DNA of 64,000 bases from positions 530-64,529 of the forward strand of contig JAIKYA010000090.1 of assembly GCA_024683645.1 (NCBI GenBank), given 5' to 3'. Position numbers and translations under genes: made by a program. This document shows positions 60,864 through 64,000 of this stretch, piece by piece. The notes under the pieces were generated by a model that ran no database searches, was not told the DNA's origin, and saw nothing but the letters and a program-made list of their open reading frames with translations. The first letter of the stretch is position 1. Every line of letters starts with the position of its first letter. The stretch comes from Lachnospiraceae bacterium (GTDB taxonomy: Bacteria; Bacillota; Clostridia; Lachnospirales; Lachnospiraceae).

Positions 60864-62432
60864 TTATTTCTTTCCTTCTTTCGCTTTATGAGTAAGAAGA
60901 TGATCGATCCACATCTGACAGCCTTCCTGATTCATATGTATTCCGTCGTCCTGCGCTATTGCTTTGGGAAGCGCTTTTTCCGAATCAGCCAGTGCTGAAT
61001 AAAGATCGATATAATAACAATTCTTTTCCGTTGCCATTTTGGCAATCTCAACATTTATCTTTCTTATACGTCCGTTATTTAACGTTATACGTGTATCGGA
61101 TACTTCTTTCGTTACAGGCGGCAGTCCTTCCACATAAACAGGTATATCTGGAAACTGTTCCTTTAGCATATCGATCAGTCTTTCATAATATACGATAAAT
61201 GACTTATTGCTTCCGCTTGCCAGAGCATTTGTCCCCAGCAGGATATATATCTTTTCGGGATTTTTGCTGCATACTTCATCCCATACTGCCGTTTCTCTCC
61301 CGTCTGCATCACTGACCTTGAGATTATTTACAAACTGCGTCGGCGTAATTGATTTATATGCACAGAATATGGCATTCTCATCAACTACAGGATAATAAGA
61401 AAGCGCCAGTGTAAGTGAATCTCCGATAAACAGTGCCCCTCCGAGAAACCCGGGATCCTGCATCTCTGATCTTTCCACTTCATAATCAGCAGCTGTTTCC
61501 ATATCTGAAAACATTTTATCTATAGAAGGATCAGGCTCATTATGAAGATCATCAAGGGGAACAACTGCTGTCTCTGTAGTATACAGAGCCTCGAGAAGTA
61601 ATTCTATTGATTCTGCTGCAGACATCTTTACTGTCTGTTCGTCCCTTTTAACAGAAGCCTGTTTATCGTCTGCCGGCCTTTCATCAACTTCAAACGGTTC
61701 ATACTCTGTTTCATCAAGATTATCATCTATCTTGAAACAGATTATTGACCCTCCTGCTGTTTTTTCAACAAATCCAAGAGCTTCACCGAAATCCTTAAAA
61801 CTTGATGGATTAAGAAATCCCGTTGATGATATATAATGATCTATATTTGCACATGCTGTAAGATAAAGAATATTATCATTTACGACTGTAGAGTTTCCGA
61901 TAGCATACTCAGGATATTCGCCGGTTATTCCTTTTATGATCGCCTGCGTGCGGGCAACTGTGTCGATGATCGACGCATCATCGAGCTCTTCCCAGTGTTC
62001 TTCGCCGCTCATACCATAATTTGCAAGTATATTTCCCCGATCTTTGATCTCTCTCACGGTATCCGGGATTTCCGATGCGGATATCCCTTCACAGGCGAAC
62101 GTCGCCTTAATACTGTATTCATCCAGCAGATCAAGGATCTTCTGCATTTCCGCAGGGGTTGTCAACCCCGCAATGATAAGGGAAATCTTATGCTGTGATG
62201 CCTTATATCCTTCTACTTTCTCTGTCTTCTTTTCAAACTGCTCATCTGTATAATTCGCCTCGGCTTCCCTGATCTCCTGCGTGGCGTCATACACTATACT
62301 TTTTCTGGAGCTGACCGAAATATCCGCATATTTCGCCCTGATATGATCCATATAATGAACCCATCCGAAGTAAAGAGCGATCAACGCCAAAAAAAAACAC
62401 AATAAAACCACCAGTTTTTTTTTCGCCTTCAC
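60864..62432 (-). CDS. CE4-like + SGNH hydrolase fusion
   Basis: ILDLLDEYSIKATF; FIGDSL, LLGTN, DGIH; N-terminal TM. Confidence 0.78.
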   Translation of the reverse strand: MKAKKKLVVLLCFFLALIALYFGWVHYMDHIRAKYADISVSSRKSIVYDATQEIREAEANYTDEQFEKKTEKVEGYKASQHKISLIIAGLTTPAEMQKILDLLDEYSIKATFACEGISASEIPDTVREIKDRGNILANYGMSGEEHWEELDDASIIDTVARTQAIIKGITGEYPEYAIGNSTVVNDNILYLTACANIDHYISSTGFLNPSSFKDFGEALGFVEKTAGGSIICFKIDDNLDETEYEPFEVDERPADDKQASVKRDEQTVKMSAAESIELLLEALYTTETAVVPLDDLHNEPDPSIDKMFSDMETAADYEVERSEMQDPGFLGGALFIGDSLTLALSYYPVVDENAIFCAYKSITPTQFVNNLKVSDADGRETAVWDEVCSKNPEKIYILLGTNALASGSNKSFIVYYERLIDMLKEQFPDIPVYVEGLPPVTKEVSDTRITLNNGRIRKINVEIAKMATEKNCYYIDLYSALADSEKALPKAIAQDDGIHMNQEGCQMWIDHLLTHKAKEGKK

Positions 62433-62534
62433 TTCTCAAAGCCCCCTTTTGAAAACTACTATAACAGGTAAATATCCATCGCCGTTACAAACCAATAAAC
62501 TCTAACGGCAGACCCGATTGCAAACAAAACCAAA

Positions 62535-62563
62535 TTGTACTGTTAAATCAGCTAAATGTCAAT
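62535..62563 (-). promoter_or_regulatory. Promoter of the polysaccharide operon
   Basis: TTGACA-N17-TACAAT. Confidence 0.7.
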
Positions 62564-62599
62564 AAGATATCTGTTCGGTACCTGTCCCCGGGTGCTCTT

Positions 62600-63106
62600 T
62601 TACTCCTCTGCACTGTCTTTTGTTATACGGATATGAGCATATCCGAATATCAGCGCAAATATGACCAGCAGATAATGGCGCATAGTGATCCCGCTGAGCA
62701 TAAACAAACAGACCGGTATAACAGCCAGCGCCATCCGTCTCTTATATGTCTGCTTTTTAAAATACAGCATCCATATTATTAAATAAGAAATAAGCAGTAC
62801 TGTATTGCCAGCAAGATATATCAGAAAGAGTCCGATTGCCGAAAAACCGAACTCTGCTATTCCGATATTAAACACCATCAGAAACATACATCCGTATCGC
62901 CCTATCTGTTCTAAAACGATAATAAGGCTCTTTGCCTGCCCGGTATTTTGCCCGCTATGCTTTACTGCATATATAATATTCGGTATCAGCAAAAGAACAA
63001 CTATGATCAGTCCAAAAAGGTTCAGCCATTTCAGGCCAAGCTGTCCGGCAAGAAAAAATATAGTCGGTCCGTCAGCACCACCGATTATTGATTCATATTG
63101 CATCAT
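62600..63106 (-). CDS. Hypothetical membrane protein with IIGGADGPT motif
   Basis: About five TMs; OadB-like motif at the N-terminus. Confidence 0.7.
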   Translation of the reverse strand: MMQYESIIGGADGPTIFFLAGQLGLKWLNLFGLIIVVLLLIPNIIYAVKHSGQNTGQAKSLIIVLEQIGRYGCMFLMVFNIGIAEFGFSAIGLFLIYLAGNTVLLISYLIIWMLYFKKQTYKRRMALAVIPVCLFMLSGITMRHYLLVIFALIFGYAHIRITKDSAEE

Positions 63107-63515
63107 CTGCTTTACACCCCAAACTCAACCGTATCATCATCTTTTTTCGTGCTTAATTACATATTCACGAGATTTATCGTAATAATCTTTCCTTTCAATT
63201 TCGTCATAAGCTTGCATTTTCCTTCCCCATCCTTTCTTCAGATTCCGTTTCAGCTTTCTATATAATCGGAGGGTTAACCGCCTGACGTTTCTCTATTGGT
63301 ACTACACAAAAACCATTTTACATGCTGTCATTTCTTCTTTCAAGCTTTTATCAACTCTGTACGCTTACTATAAGCTCATCTTCTGCGTTATTCTTTTCTC
63401 CCTTTCCGCTTGTAACTTTAGCTGTATCATCTCCGGATCATCTCCCTCCAAAGCTCTCGCCGGCCGGGGGCGGATCCGCTTATCCTCCGGCAGCCGGATA
63501 ATGATCCATTTTACG

Positions 63516-63741
63516 GCCTTCTTTCCTTCCGCAAGCTTTAGAAAGCAATGATTTCGATCTGTTTCAGATTTTCCGTTGCCTTCTTTCCTTCCACAGCCTT
63601 TAGAAAGCGATGATTTCGATCTGTTTCAGATTTTCCGTTGCCTTCTTTCTTTCCACGGCCTTTAGAAAGCAATGATTTCGATCTGTTTCAGATTTTCCGT
63701 TGCCTTCTTTCCTTCCACGGCCTTTAGAAAGCGATGATTTC
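63516..63741. repeat. 62-bp tandem repeat, about 3.6 copies
   Basis: GAAAGC at 63541, 63603, 63665, 63727; near-identical units. Confidence 0.92.
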
Positions 63742-63773
63742 AAATAAGACTAGACATTTGTTTTTGATAACAT

Positions 63774-63812
63774 AAAAAGGGCCGCCCTCATCTCTGCAGG
63801 GCAGCCCTCTCT
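63774..63812 (-). terminator. Rho-independent terminator
   Basis: AGGGCTGCCCT-loop-AGGGCGGCCCT followed by a T run on the minus strand. Confidence 0.7.
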
Positions 63813-63842
63813 TTCATTCTCCTCTATTTTCTATAATTCTTT

Positions 63843-64000
63843 TCAAAGCTTAATCTTCGGAAGATGCTTCCTGATCTCGTCAATGAGTATCTCCGGTATC
63901 GGTATAGTCCAGAAGTTGAGATTTTCATAAAGCCTAAAGGGCAATCTGTCCTGATAATTCGAGTATCCTTTATCCTCACCATCAGCATAAGCCCCGTCTT
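63843..64000 (-). CDS. 3' end of an unidentified gene (runs off window end)
   Basis: Open frame ...RLPFRLYENLNFWTIPIPEILIDEIRKHLPKIKL* followed by a terminator. Confidence 0.45.
   Translation of the reverse strand, partial: DGAYADGEDKGYSNYQDRLPFRLYENLNFWTIPIPEILIDEIRKHLPKIKL

Noticed and set aside
62433-62534. c-di-GMP riboswitch ahead of the PilZ operon
   Set aside because: Only a single GCCGTTA/TAACGGC hairpin; the GEMM-type conserved motifs were not found
63107-63220. Frameshifted upstream extension of the IIGGADGPT gene across an A6 run
   Set aside because: Only 26 codons with no recognisable homology; cannot be supported
63516-63741. CRISPR array
   Set aside because: Whole 62-bp units repeat, there are no unique spacers and no cas genes in the window

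Overview
Chromosomal window from a Firmicute, most consistent with a rumen/gut Lachnospiraceae-type genome (inferred from gene content, not tested). In order: a xylan-utilisation locus (ABC permeases, 982-aa solute-binding protein, GH10, AraC, GH43, SGNH esterase); CDP-dideoxysugar genes (rfbG, rfbH, epimerase, GtrB-like GT2); hrcA-grpE-dnaK-dnaJ with a perfect CIRCE; a NitT/TauT ABC + TM1266 regulator + FeoA-FeoB cluster; an Lpl-type sugar ABC with GntR; a YtrA-type ABC/CAAX operon; PfkB + AGE isomerase; a two-gene unit of a ubiquitin-like protein and a 1774-aa DUF4132 protein; an XRE/M50 cluster; an ABC exporter with a two-component system; and a seven-gene exopolysaccharide operon built around a PilZ-fused hyaluronan-synthase-like GT2. 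The best novelty candidates are a ~130-bp four-way-junction element present in two diverged, covarying copies, the Ubl-DUF4132 pair, and the PilZ-GT2 O-acetylated polysaccharide operon. No CRISPR array, tRNA, rRNA or transposase was seen. All calls are from reading motifs by eye; no searches were run.
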